Below are positions 28,823 through 38,477 of a stretch of 64,000 nt of DNA, piece after piece. Each line of letters begins with the position of its first letter. Position 1 is the first letter of the stretch. Source of the stretch: Desulfobacterales bacterium (GTDB lineage: Bacteria; Desulfobacterota; Desulfobacteria; Desulfobacterales; SpSt-501). A model generated the notes under the pieces. That model was given only the letters and a program-made list of their open reading frames with translations, was not told the origin of the DNA and did not search any database. A program made the position numbers and the translations under genes. Location of the stretch: positions 3,045-67,044 of the forward strand of contig JALOOU010000005.1 of assembly GCA_025454255.1 (NCBI GenBank), given 5' to 3'.

Positions 28823-30400
28823 GTGATCGTGCAACGTAGGGCCGTAATCATAGGAGCTGGTCCGGCCGGGCTGACCGCAGCTTACGAACTTCTGGAAAAA
28901 ACCGACATCAAGCCGATTATAGTTGAGGCGACCGGAGAGATCGGCGGGATCTCGCAGACCGTAAACTACAAGGGCAACCGGATCGATATCGGGGGGCACC
29001 GCTTCTTCTCGAAATCCGACCGGGTGATGGCATGGTGGCAGAATATTTTGCCCCTGCAGGGCAAACCCGCGAGGGACGACCTGGCCCTGGGTCGCAAGGT
29101 TCCCCTGTCGGATCAACCGCACGCCCCCGATCCGGAACGCGAGGATCGGGTGATGCTCGTTCGTTCCCGCCTGTCGCGCATCCTGTTTCTTCGACAGTTG
29201 TTCAATTATCCCATCAAGTTGAATCTCGACACGGTCAAGAAGCTCGGCTTGAGGCGGCTTGCCAGAGTCTGTTGGGCGTACTCCAAAATCAGGCTCTCCC
29301 CGCGGCGCGAAGAAAAAAACCTGGAGGATTTTTTCATCAACCGGTTCGGGCGGGAGCTGTATCAGCTGTTTTTCAAAGACTACACCGAAAAAGTCTGGGG
29401 AGCCGCATGCCGTGAAATCAGACCGGAGTGGGGGGCCCAGCGGGTGAAGAACCTGTCGGTTTCCAGGGTCCTGGCCCATGCGATCCGATCCGTCTTTTTG
29501 AAACAGCAATCGATTGCACAAAAAGAGCTTGATACAAGCCTGATCGGCCGATTCCTCTACCCCAAGCTGGGTCCGGGGCAGATGTGGGAGGAGGTCGCCA
29601 AGCGCATCAGCGCCAAGGGGGGGGAGCTCCACCTGCGCCACAAGGTGATCGGCTTGAAACAAAAAAACGACCTCATCGTTGGCGCGCTGGCGATGGACCG
29701 ATCGGCGGGAAAAACCCGTCTCTGGTCCGGAGATTATTTTTTTTCCTCCATGCCTTTGAGAGATCTCATACTAGGCTTTGGCGAGGAGGTGGACCCTGAA
29801 ACCAGGCGGGTTGCAGCCGGCCTGAGGTACCGAGACTTCATTTCGGTGGGAATTCTTGTGCCGCGGCTCAAGATGCGCAACGAAAGCCCGATCCCGACCA
29901 TCAACGGCGTGATACCGGACAACTGGATCTACATCCAGGAGCCGGGGGTCAGGCTCGGAAGGCTGCAGGTGTTCAACAACTGGAGCCCCTACATGGTGCG
30001 GGACCCGCAAACGGTGTGGCTGGGGCTGGAGTACTTCTGCAACGAAGGAGACGAGGTGTGGAGCAAACCCGACGCCGAGATCATCCGCCTGGCCATCGAG
30101 GAGCTGCTGCGCATCGGGGTGATCGAAAAAGTGAGCGTCTTGGACAGCACCCTGATCCGGATGCCCAAGGCCTACCCGGCCTACTTTGGAACCTATGACG
30201 AACTCCACGTGTTGAGAAAATTCACCGACCGGTTTGCCAATCTGTACCCCATTGGGCGCAATGGGATGCACCGCTACAACAATCAAGACCATTCGATGCT
30301 GACCGCCATGCGGGCGGTCGAGACGATCCTCCAGGGTGTTTCGCACAAGGACCCGATCTGGCAGGTGAATGCCGAGGAGGATTACCACGAAAACGAATGA
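28823..30400 (+). CDS. NAD(P)/FAD-dependent oxidoreductase (amine-oxidase / protoporphyrinogen-oxidase-like fold)
   Basis: 525 aa with a GTG start. The dinucleotide-binding N-terminus is [18 protein letters not shown]...[13 protein letters not shown]...[11 protein letters not shown]. The substrate is not inferable from sequence. Confidence 0.8.
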   Translation: MIVQRRAVIIGAGPAGLTAAYELLEKTDIKPIIVEATGEIGGISQTVNYKGNRIDIGGHRFFSKSDRVMAWWQNILPLQGKPARDDLALGRKVPLSDQPHAPDPEREDRVMLVRSRLSRILFLRQLFNYPIKLNLDTVKKLGLRRLARVCWAYSKIRLSPRREEKNLEDFFINRFGRELYQLFFKDYTEKVWGAACREIRPEWGAQRVKNLSVSRVLAHAIRSVFLKQQSIAQKELDTSLIGRFLYPKLGPGQMWEEVAKRISAKGGELHLRHKVIGLKQKNDLIVGALAMDRSAGKTRLWSGDYFFSSMPLRDLILGFGEEVDPETRRVAAGLRYRDFISVGILVPRLKMRNESPIPTINGVIPDNWIYIQEPGVRLGRLQVFNNWSPYMVRDPQTVWLGLEYFCNEGDEVWSKPDAEIIRLAIEELLRIGVIEKVSVLDSTLIRMPKAYPAYFGTYDELHVLRKFTDRFANLYPIGRNGMHRYNNQDHSMLTAMRAVETILQGVSHKDPIWQVNAEEDYHENE

Positions 30401-32048
30401 GGCTCGCGTGGAGGCTCTTGCTGAAACAAGGCAGGTGCCGGCCGCTGCATCATCCCGATTCCCGGGCGGGTGGCTCTGCCTGACGCTCGTCGTCTATGCG
30501 GCGGCATCCATCGTCGGCATCCTGCACCATGAGCCCTGGCGCGATGAAGCCCAGGCATGGTTCATCGCGAGGGACTGCCCGGATCTTTCTTCCCTGATTC
30601 GGGCAGCGGGCTACGAGGGGCACACGATCTTATGGCACCTCGTCCTGATGCCCCTGGCCCGATCGGGGCTTCCGTTTTTTTCGGCCGCCCTGGTGCACTT
30701 CGGGATCATCCTGGCGGCGCTTCTTCTGTTTTTGCGCCATGCGCCCTTTTCGCTCCACCAAAAGGCCCTTTTCGTTTTCGGCTACTATGTCTTGTACGAG
30801 TACAATCTTATCGTGCGAAACTACGCGCTTTCCGTCCTGGTCCTGTTCGCCCTCGCGTCGCTGCACCCCTTTCGTTTCAAGAAGCCGATAGCCTATGCGG
30901 CGCTGATTGCCCTTCTGGCGAACACCCATCTGCTTGGGCTGGTGATCGCGCTGCTCCTCGCGCTGACTCAGCTGGCTGATGTCAGGCTCTCCGATAACCG
31001 CCGCGGCGGCTGGCGGCGGGGGCTGGCCGTTTTCTTGATTGCCGCGGGCATTGCCGCCTCGGTCTACCAGCTTTGGCCGCCGGCGGATGTGATGCCGCCG
31101 ACGGCCCACCGCGGCGGAGTCGATCCCCCCCTGCTCAATTTCAGCCTTTCGATCGGCCACCTGAGCGTCATTACGCGCTCGCTCGTCGGGGCCTTTCTCC
31201 CGCTCCCGGAGCCCGGCCCCCATTTCTGGAACAGCCGGCTGGTTCACGTCCCTCTCCAGGCGGCCGGCTTGCTTGACGGTTCGCCGTGGGCGGTTCGATG
31301 GGCATATGGCACCCTGCTGGTGTTGCCCGCGCTGCTGTCGGTGCCGTTTTTGGCCCGCAAAACCATCCCCGGGCTGTTTTATCTTGGTTCGGTCTGCTCG
31401 CTGCTGGCCCTTTTTTTCCTGGTCTACGAGGGCGGACTCAGACATTACGGCTTTATCTTCCTGCTGTTCATCTTCGCGCTGTGGATCAGCCGCGACTATC
31501 CCGAGAATCGGCTCGCCGCGCGCCCCTTTATGGATGGGTTTAATTCGAAAAACCGCAACCGGATGGTGACCGCTTTGCTTCTGGTCCATGTGGCCGCAGC
31601 GGCGGTCGCTTTTCACCACGATATCAAATACGATTTTTCATCCGGCAGGAGGGCGGCCGCATTCCTTCAGGACGAAGGGCTGATCAACGCGCGCACGTTC
31701 ATCGCCGCCTACCCGTCCAAAATCGCCTGCTCAGCGCTCGTGCACATCAAAGACCCCGCTGCCGCCGTCTTCATGGTCGAGTACCAACGGATGGGCGCCC
31801 ACATGGTCTGGAACAAGGAGTACATGGACAACCAGGCGCTGCCCGTTGCAACCGTCATCGAGAGGGTCGATGCGGCGGTTGCGGGCAAAGCGTATGAGCG
31901 GGTCGTTCTCATCACCAACTCGAAGACCGCCGATCGGCAGCTGCACGAGCGCTACCAGCTGATCGCCTCCTTCCCTGAAGCAGTGGATCGGCAGGAGTCC
32001 TTTCGCATCTATGAGCTTCGGGCCCCCCTGAATCAAAAACCGGATTGA
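30369..32048 (+). CDS. Polytopic membrane protein, candidate GT-C-fold (PMT_2/ArnT-like) glycosyl- or lipid-transferase
   Basis: 559 aa (start uncertain: ATG 30369 overlaps the previous gene by 32 nt, and in-frame GTGs exist at 30408 and 30429). It has about 11 hydrophobic helices. The first-loop acidic motif [16 protein letters not shown] resembles the DE/DxD loop of GT-C enzymes. A soluble C-terminal ~150 aa follows. Confidence 0.55.
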   Translation: MPRRITTKTNEARVEALAETRQVPAAASSRFPGGWLCLTLVVYAAASIVGILHHEPWRDEAQAWFIARDCPDLSSLIRAAGYEGHTILWHLVLMPLARSGLPFFSAALVHFGIILAALLLFLRHAPFSLHQKALFVFGYYVLYEYNLIVRNYALSVLVLFALASLHPFRFKKPIAYAALIALLANTHLLGLVIALLLALTQLADVRLSDNRRGGWRRGLAVFLIAAGIAASVYQLWPPADVMPPTAHRGGVDPPLLNFSLSIGHLSVITRSLVGAFLPLPEPGPHFWNSRLVHVPLQAAGLLDGSPWAVRWAYGTLLVLPALLSVPFLARKTIPGLFYLGSVCSLLALFFLVYEGGLRHYGFIFLLFIFALWISRDYPENRLAARPFMDGFNSKNRNRMVTALLLVHVAAAAVAFHHDIKYDFSSGRRAAAFLQDEGLINARTFIAAYPSKIACSALVHIKDPAAAVFMVEYQRMGAHMVWNKEYMDNQALPVATVIERVDAAVAGKAYERVVLITNSKTADRQLHERYQLIASFPEAVDRQESFRIYELRAPLNQKPD

Positions 32049-35000
32049 GGTTCTTTTTCCGCCTTAAGCAACCGCATCTGATTTTTCCTGCCCCGGCGGG
32101 TGGTTCTGAATGAGCGGACCTGGTGGGCGAAGGCCTCGAGCCGGTTGACCGTGTGGGTCGATTTCAACCCCTCGAAGACCAGGCTGCAGAAGGGCTTGTC
32201 GTCGATATCCTTGCGGATGCTTTTCGACAGCGAGGCCGTCACCGTCCCCAGCATGCAGTTGTGGCACATGACGTTGATGATCCCATCGGCCCCCGCCCGG
32301 TGCAGCTCCTCGATCCGGTTCAGGTTCAATGAGAGCACCTTGTCGATCCAGAAGCTGACGTAGCGGGAGGAGGCCCGCAGGACATCCGGGTAGTGCCGCT
32401 CCTGGGGGGTGCGGATGCTGTCCGGGAAACAGCGGTCAATGAGCCGCCGGCCGCTTTTAAGCGCCGGGATCAGGGCCTTTGCGGCGGCGGCGGCGGCCGG
32501 CCGGCCCTCTTTGAAAAGCTCGGCATGCCGCTGTTCCATGGCCAGAAAGGAGACGTCGATCACCGAGCCCGAGCTCCAGACGTCGAAACCCATTTGGTTG
32601 AGCTTCGCGTACAGCTGGTCGTTGGAGTGCGGGTTGACCCGGGTGAACACATCCCCCACGATCCCGACCCGGGGCCGCGTGCCGACCGCCCGCCTCAGGG
32701 GAGTCGCCCGGAAGCGCGCCGCCGACGTGTTGAGGGCCCGAAAAAACCCGCCCGTCGCCAGGCCCTTTTCGAGGTCGGAGAGGATCTCGCGATAAACGCG
32801 CCGGACAGAGCCCTTTTCGGCCTCCCGGGGCTCGATTTCGGTTTTCCACTTGTAGAACCGGTCGATGGCATAGAGGCCGAGCGCCAGGCGCACCATGTAG
32901 GAGCGGCCGAGCTCCTTCATGTTGGTGGGATCGGTGATGTTCATGACGGTCACGCCGGCAAGGCCCACTCTTTCCAAGATGAGATGAAGCGCCAGAGGAT
33001 ATTGCGGCAGCAGGCAGGGACCGAAATAGGAAGGGCCGAAATAGCAGGCCTCCTCCGGGACAAAGCCCGGCCGCTCGGCGGCTTTCAGAAGGTCCCCGGC
33101 AAATGCGATGAACGGGTGGCACTCCCGGCCGTAGGCGTGCTTGAGTCCCAGGTTCCAGCTGGCGTCGTCGGTGGGGGGCAAGAGCACTGTCTTGCACCCG
33201 GAGGCCTTCAAAGCCCCGGTGATGGCATACGCGTGGTCCATGAACGCGGGGACGTAGTAGGTGTACTCCCTGAGGGGCCGGCGCGGCTTGCCCGGGTCCC
33301 TTCCGGTCAGGACCGGGGGCGGCGGGGAGCGGCGGATTTTAAAATTGCGCGCAAACGCCTCGATTCGGGTCACCAGGCCGGCCTCGGCCTGGTGATCGTC
33401 CAGCTCCAGGAGAAGGTGGGGAACCCCCTTCAGTTCGGCCTCCAGATACTGGTCCACGAACGCATCCGGCCCGCATCCGAAGTTGGTGACGATGACGGCC
33501 CCGAGATGGGGGTGGTGTTTGAGGGCTCTCGCCGCCTGGACCAGCTTTCGGCCGTATCCCCAGCGGATCCGCTCCCAGAGGGGCGGCAGCGGCTCCCGCT
33601 CCAGGGGCAGGAAATCGAACGGGATCGGTTCGACCCCGAGCCCCTTCAGCCGGCGGGCCAGATTGAGGCTGAGATGCCTGTCGGCGGTGTTGTAAGGCCG
33701 GCCGAGGAGGACCGCGCCCCGTTTCCCGTCTTTGGTCAAACGGCTCAAAAACGCCTGGCCTTCGGCGCGGCAGCGTGCCCGGAACGCATCCTGTGCCGCC
33801 TGCGCAGCCCTGCCGGCGCTTTCGACCTCGGCGCGGCGGACCCCGAGCGCCTTCGCGAGCGTCTCTGCCCAATGGGCGGCCTCGCGCTCCACCGGGTACT
33901 CGAAGGTGAGGATTTCGGCCTCGGGCGCTACATTTTCCCGCACCACATACGGGGCGGCCTGGGTGTAGGGGCAGGCGTAGCGCTCGCTGCTTTCGCCGGG
34001 GGGAATGAACAGGCGCAGATGGGGAATGAAAATTTGGCGGATCCCTTTTCCGATCAGCTCGTAGACATGCCCGAAGAGGATTTTGACGGGGTAGCAGAAC
34101 TCCGCCGGCACGCGCCGCAGGCCGGCGGCGACGATCGAGCGGTTCGTGGCTCCCGAAAAATGGGTCCGGTAGCCGAGGTGTCGGAAAAAAGTGCCCCAGA
34201 ACGGAAGATAGTCGCACATGGTCAGGGTCAGGGGAATGCCGACCTCGCCCCTGAAGCAGGTGTCGGAGGGCTTGGCCACTGAATCGTGCAGGAGACGCTC
34301 GCGAATGGCAAAGGCATCTTCTCCCGCAGCCGGATGGAGCGCGGCGCCTTCGAATCGACCGCACACGCCTCCGAAATAGGCCGGCCGCCTGTTGCCGGAG
34401 GCGACCTTGCGAATGGCGCAGCTGTTTTCGCAGCGGCCGCATGCAACGCTCTCGACCCGGCCCTCCAGCTGCAGCTTGTCCAGCCGCAACGGTTGGCCGG
34501 TGATGCCCTGGGAGAGATCCTCCAGCGCCGCAAATGCCGCGCCCAGGGCCCCGGAGAGCTCCGGGCGGGGGTGGCGGTGGATGGTCTTGGCGAGAAGGTT
34601 TTCAAAGACCGCGTGCACCGCGCGATTCCGGGCGACCCCGCCCTGGAAGACGATTTTTTCCCCCACCGGGTTCGAACCCACGACTTTTTCCAAGTAGTTG
34701 CGGCCGATGGCATAGGCCAGCCCCGCGCACAGGTCCGCACCCGATGCGCCCCGCTGCAGGTAATGGACGAGATCGGAATCCATGAACACCGTGCAGCGGC
34801 TTCCCAGCACGGCCGGGGCCGATGATCGAAAGGCGGCAGCTGAAAACTCCTGCGCGATCCCGATCCCGAGCCGGCCGGCCTGCTCCTCGAGGAAAGCGCC
34901 CGTGCCGGCGGCGCAGGCGCGGTTCATGCGAAAGGTCTCGATTTCACCGGCCGCCATCCGGATGAATTTGGAGTCCTGGCCGCCGATCTCGATGACCGTG

Positions 35001-36250
35001 TCCGCGTCGGGGACGAAAAAAGCGGCCGACAGGGCCTGGGCCGAAATCTCGTCCAGCACCGAGCCGCCGCCGATGAGGGCGCGCGCCAGCTGCCTGCCCG
35101 AGCCGGTCGCGGCGGCATGCGCAATCCACGCACCCGGGAGCTGACGCCGGATGTCGTGCATCGCCCGTTTGAGCGCGCCGATGGGGTCGCCGGCGGTCGG
35201 AAGGCAGGCTGCCGCGATGAGATTGCGGGCCGAATCGACGACGACCGCCTTGGTGCTGGCCGAGCCCATGTCGACGCCCAGCACATGGGTGTTTCCGCGG
35301 GCTTGCGCCGCTGCCGATGGTGATACCGTTGGAACCGGCTTTTGAACCAGCGGCGCCAGGGCTGAAGCCGTTTCTCCGCCGAACGGCCGGCGGGAGAGCG
35401 CATCGATCAGGGCCGTGAGGGCCAGCGGCGGATGCAACGGTCGTTCGCCTGCGATCAGGGCGGCTCCCAACGCCCCCATCGCCTCGCAATGCTCGGGAAC
35501 GACCAGCCCGGCCGCATCCAGGTTCAGAAGCTCCCGAAAGGCCCGCACCACCCCGTGGTTGGCCGCGACGCCGCCCTGAAAGAGGACCGGGGCCGGGGGC
35601 GTGCGGCCCCGGCACAGGGTTGCGAGGTAATTGCGCGCCAGTGCATAGCAAAAACCGGCGGCGATCTCATCGGCGGGCACGGCCCGCTGCTGGAGATGGA
35701 TCATATCCGATTTGGCAAAAACGGAGCATCGGCCCGCCACCTGTGCGATCCGGACGGCATCGCGCGCGCAGGCCGAAAACCGCTCGATATCCAGCCCCAT
35801 TCTATCCGCCTGCTGGTCCAGAAACGCCCCGGTTCCGGCGGCGCACAACTCGTTGAAGGCGTGGTCGCGCAGAAAATAGAGGCCGTCGGCGCCTCTGCCG
35901 ACGACAATATACTTCGAGTCCTGGCCGCCGATTTCGATGATGCTTTCGATCCCGGGATGACGGGTCCAAGCGGCCGTTGCATGCGCGACGATCTCGTTGA
36001 CCGCATCGATCCCCGTGGCGGCGGATATCAGCTCTTTGCCGGAACCTGTGACGACCGCTCCCGAAAACTCGACGGCCCCCAGCGCTGCGGCCATCGCGCG
36101 GAGCAACTCCATAGCGGCTTGAAGAGGCTGCCCGCCGGTGCGCAGATAGGATTTGAAGCGGATGCGGCCCGACGGATCGAGCACCAGGCCCTTCAGGCTG
36201 ACGGAGCCTAAATCCAGACCGAGGCGATATGCAGGGGCCGATGGGCTCAT
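32033..36250 (-). CDS. Fused BCR/HAD-family enzyme (PlsA/PlsAR/GeR-like), paralogue 2
   Basis: I prefer the ATG at 36250 (MSPSAPAYRLGLDLGSVSLKG; 1405 aa) over the track start at 36397, which would overlap the acyltransferase gene. Both ATPase modules are intact: IEIGGQDSKYIVV / NELCAAGTGAFLDQ / GRCSVFAKSDMIH, and IEIGGQDSKFIRM / NRACAAGTGAFLEE / SRCTVFMDSDLVH. The Cys cluster is CGRCENSC...VCG. The C-terminal domains are colinear with paralogue 1 (AVLLGRPYNTADRHLS, RVGIVGDVFTRVNPHSN). Confidence 0.8.
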   Translation of the reverse strand: MSPSAPAYRLGLDLGSVSLKGLVLDPSGRIRFKSYLRTGGQPLQAAMELLRAMAAALGAVEFSGAVVTGSGKELISAATGIDAVNEIVAHATAAWTRHPGIESIIEIGGQDSKYIVVGRGADGLYFLRDHAFNELCAAGTGAFLDQQADRMGLDIERFSACARDAVRIAQVAGRCSVFAKSDMIHLQQRAVPADEIAAGFCYALARNYLATLCRGRTPPAPVLFQGGVAANHGVVRAFRELLNLDAAGLVVPEHCEAMGALGAALIAGERPLHPPLALTALIDALSRRPFGGETASALAPLVQKPVPTVSPSAAAQARGNTHVLGVDMGSASTKAVVVDSARNLIAAACLPTAGDPIGALKRAMHDIRRQLPGAWIAHAAATGSGRQLARALIGGGSVLDEISAQALSAAFFVPDADTVIEIGGQDSKFIRMAAGEIETFRMNRACAAGTGAFLEEQAGRLGIGIAQEFSAAAFRSSAPAVLGSRCTVFMDSDLVHYLQRGASGADLCAGLAYAIGRNYLEKVVGSNPVGEKIVFQGGVARNRAVHAVFENLLAKTIHRHPRPELSGALGAAFAALEDLSQGITGQPLRLDKLQLEGRVESVACGRCENSCAIRKVASGNRRPAYFGGVCGRFEGAALHPAAGEDAFAIRERLLHDSVAKPSDTCFRGEVGIPLTLTMCDYLPFWGTFFRHLGYRTHFSGATNRSIVAAGLRRVPAEFCYPVKILFGHVYELIGKGIRQIFIPHLRLFIPPGESSERYACPYTQAAPYVVRENVAPEAEILTFEYPVEREAAHWAETLAKALGVRRAEVESAGRAAQAAQDAFRARCRAEGQAFLSRLTKDGKRGAVLLGRPYNTADRHLSLNLARRLKGLGVEPIPFDFLPLEREPLPPLWERIRWGYGRKLVQAARALKHHPHLGAVIVTNFGCGPDAFVDQYLEAELKGVPHLLLELDDHQAEAGLVTRIEAFARNFKIRRSPPPPVLTGRDPGKPRRPLREYTYYVPAFMDHAYAITGALKASGCKTVLLPPTDDASWNLGLKHAYGRECHPFIAFAGDLLKAAERPGFVPEEACYFGPSYFGPCLLPQYPLALHLILERVGLAGVTVMNITDPTNMKELGRSYMVRLALGLYAIDRFYKWKTEIEPREAEKGSVRRVYREILSDLEKGLATGGFFRALNTSAARFRATPLRRAVGTRPRVGIVGDVFTRVNPHSNDQLYAKLNQMGFDVWSSGSVIDVSFLAMEQRHAELFKEGRPAAAAAAKALIPALKSGRRLIDRCFPDSIRTPQERHYPDVLRASSRYVSFWIDKVLSLNLNRIEELHRAGADGIINVMCHNCMLGTVTASLSKSIRKDIDDKPFCSLVFEGLKSTHTVNRLEAFAHQVRSFRTTRRGRKNQMRLLKAEKEPQSGF

Positions 36251-36285
36251 TGGGCGGGTTGAAACGGCGGCGCGAGTCGAGCGCG

Positions 36286-37227
36286 CTATCTCGAAGGGTT
36301 CGACCTTACAGGGGCTGCGGCCGCCGGCGCGCCGTGCCAACCGGCCAGCAGCTCCTCGATCTGCCGGTCCTTCTCGGCCCACAGATCGTTCAGCCATTGT
36401 TGAAATTGCGCGCGGAACCCCCCGTCGCCCAGCGGGTCGCCCATCAGTTCAGGGCCCACCGGCAGGCAGCGCACCCGGACCTTGATCTCTTCGATATTTC
36501 CGCACAACAGCGCCCAGAAACCGTGGACCCCGGCCGGGTAGACGATGGTCACATCCAGGATCCGATGAATCTTATCGCCCATGGCGTGCAGCACGGCCGC
36601 TATGCCGCCGGCTCTCGGCCTGAGCAGATGGGTGTAAGGGGACTGCTGCTGCCGGTGCTTCTGGGCGGTGAAGCGTGTGCCTTCGACAAAATTCATGATG
36701 GAGATCGGAATCTGCTGGAATTTGGTGCAGGCCCGGCGCGTGATCTCCAAATCCTTGCCCCGCAGGTGAGGCTTGCGCTGGAGCTTGGCTTTCGAATAGC
36801 GCTTGATGAACGGAAAATCCAGCGCCCACCAGGCCTGCCCCAGGACCGGCAGCCAAAAGAGCTCCTTTTTGATGAAGAATTTCAGGAAGGGGATCTTGCG
36901 ATGAAAAATCCGCTGCAGCACGACAATGTCGGTCCAGGACTGGTGGTTGGCCAACACCAGGAACCACTGCGACGGATCCAGGCTTTCGGCCCCCTGCACG
37001 TCCCAGCGCGTGCCATTGGTGATCCTCTGGTTCAGGTTGTTGCCCCAGACCCATTTTTCGGCGATGGCATTGAGCACCCGGCTGCAGCCCGTGCGCCAGC
37101 CGTGGATGGGGACCAGCGCCTTGAGCGCCGCCATGATGAAAAGCGCCGTGCACCAGACAGCGGTGTTCACCGCAAAAAGAAGAAACGACACGATGCCCCG
37201 AACGGGCCCGGGCAAGGATTTGATCAT
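36286..37227 (-). CDS. PlsC-superfamily lysophospholipid acyltransferase, YihG-like
   Basis: 313 aa. It has an N-terminal TM anchor, the HX4D motif in LANHQSWTDIVVL, then FVEGTRFT, and a C-terminal FQQWLNDLWAEKDRQIEELL that matches my memory of E. coli YihG. RBS is GAGGTG. Confidence 0.8.
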   Translation of the reverse strand: MIKSLPGPVRGIVSFLLFAVNTAVWCTALFIMAALKALVPIHGWRTGCSRVLNAIAEKWVWGNNLNQRITNGTRWDVQGAESLDPSQWFLVLANHQSWTDIVVLQRIFHRKIPFLKFFIKKELFWLPVLGQAWWALDFPFIKRYSKAKLQRKPHLRGKDLEITRRACTKFQQIPISIMNFVEGTRFTAQKHRQQQSPYTHLLRPRAGGIAAVLHAMGDKIHRILDVTIVYPAGVHGFWALLCGNIEEIKVRVRCLPVGPELMGDPLGDGGFRAQFQQWLNDLWAEKDRQIEELLAGWHGAPAAAAPVRSNPSR

Positions 37228-37323
37228 CTTGGTTCACCTCAGCGGCGGTGCCGGCGCCTTCGAGCGGCTCGACGGGGCGCTTCAGCGCACCGGTGTTCGA
37301 TCCTGATGCAGGCACAAGTGTTC

Positions 37324-37352
37324 ATTATACGAACATATAGGAGCCACTTCAA
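37324..37352 (-). promoter_or_regulatory. Candidate sigma-70 promoter for the acyltransferase / PlsA-like paralogue 2 operon
   Basis: On the minus strand: -35 TTGAAG (rc of 37347-37352), a 17-nt spacer, then a perfect -10 TATAAT (rc of 37324-37329). It lies about 95 nt upstream of the start at 37227. The -10 sits inside the small inverted repeat TGTTCattatacGAACA (37319-37335). Confidence 0.4.
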
Positions 37353-37511
37353 CCATGGTTTTTCCCGATGCGGAGAACAAATAATCTGTCCGCAGCTGCA
37401 GCACACGATCTGTCCGGTTTAGCAGGCGACCGAGGCAGAGACCGGGAGGGCGGCTTCCCGGCCGCGCTTGCCAAGCCCGTCAAGGTGGTTTAGGGTCCCG
37501 AGTGCATCCTG

Positions 37512-38339
37512 ATGGGGGGAGGCCCACCGGTGACCCTGAAGCAAGCCGCGCGCGCCCGAAAAATTCTCGGCAGGATCGGCGCTGTCATAATAATCGTCTT
37601 TTTCGCCGCCGTGCTGGACAGCTGCGTCGCCCGGTTCCGGGAGCCGCTGTTTACGGTCCATCTGCTGCCGGGCGCCAGCGAACTGGTCGAGGGGCAGGTG
37701 GATCACGAGCTCAAAGACCTCTCCCTGCTGCGCGTCGAGGCCTCGCATGCAGGCGTTCAGCTGAAAATCGAGAGGTTTCAGACCGGCTACTGGCTCGGCG
37801 GCAACATGTGGATCGGCGCCATCAGCGCCGCGGCCGATGCCGCCGCCGGCACCTACGACCTGCGGGTCTTCGCCGCCGGCAAACCGCCCGACACGCCGGT
37901 CGCGGCCTTCCGGGCCCATGTCTACCCGGACTACCCGGCCCTGCGAAAAAGCTTCCTTTCCGTCATCCGGCGCACCTTCGATATATCCCCGGGACGAGCG
38001 GCCTTGGCCTGCATCCCGCTGTTGGCTGCGGTGCTGGGCGCGCTCTACCTGCTCAGCCGCAAGGTGGAGCGATTGATGGCGGGCCAGGGGCGGGCGGAGG
38101 TTTTCATGCTCAAGGCGGCCCCCGGCGGGATCGAGGTCTATTTCGGACTGGGCCGCCGCCACGGGGCCGAACCGGGCATGGCCGTGCAGATCTGCGAAGA
38201 GAACGGCCGGCTGATCTGCGCGGCGGTGGTCCGGCAGGCGGACGATGCAAACGCCATGGCCTTTGCCGCGGGTGGCCCCGAAAAACTGCCGCACGGCGCG
38301 CTGGTCGTGCTGGGCGGCGCCGCGGAAAAGATTGATTAG
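37512..38339 (+). CDS. Hypothetical membrane protein (275 aa, two predicted TM helices)
   Basis: The hydrophobic segments are IGAVIIIVFFAAVL and AALACIPLLAAVLGALYLL. I recognise no family. It is the first gene of a plus-strand string ending at 43396. The 911-aa minus-strand ORF 37419-40154 is rejected as antisense. Confidence 0.5.
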   Translation: MGGGPPVTLKQAARARKILGRIGAVIIIVFFAAVLDSCVARFREPLFTVHLLPGASELVEGQVDHELKDLSLLRVEASHAGVQLKIERFQTGYWLGGNMWIGAISAAADAAAGTYDLRVFAAGKPPDTPVAAFRAHVYPDYPALRKSFLSVIRRTFDISPGRAALACIPLLAAVLGALYLLSRKVERLMAGQGRAEVFMLKAAPGGIEVYFGLGRRHGAEPGMAVQICEENGRLICAAVVRQADDANAMAFAAGGPEKLPHGALVVLGGAAEKID

Positions 38340-38348
38340 GAGGTGGCC

Positions 38349-38441
38349 GTGGAATATCTTACCATCATCGTTCTCGTTTTCGGGTCGATCATCATCGGGC
38401 TGGTCATCGGCAACCGGCTTCGAAATAGAAACAAGCAATAG
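38349..38441 (+). CDS. Possible 30-aa single-TM micropeptide
   Basis: Not in the track. AGGAGG (38338-38343) overlaps the preceding TAG stop, and a GTG at 38349 follows 5 nt later. The product is (M)EYLTIIVLVFGSIIIGLVIGNRLRNRNKQ: a hydrophobic helix plus a basic tail. Confidence 0.3.
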   Translation: MEYLTIIVLVFGSIIIGLVIGNRLRNRNKQ

Positions 38442-38477
38442 GATCCCCGCCGCACTGCCCGCAGACGAGGTGGCGAC

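Noticed and set aside
28801-28839. 12-codon upstream ORF ([12 protein letters not shown]) overlapping the FAD-oxidoreductase start
   Set aside because: No Shine-Dalgarno sequence precedes it (only an A/T tract). It is most likely fortuitous.
32393-34282. 629-aa plus-strand ORF, and similar shadows 24158-25708 (-), 22592-23848 (-), 21527-22534 (-)
   Set aside because: They lie antisense to the two PlsA/GeR-like genes, whose reading frames carry repeated ASKHA ATPase motifs. The shadow products have no motifs.
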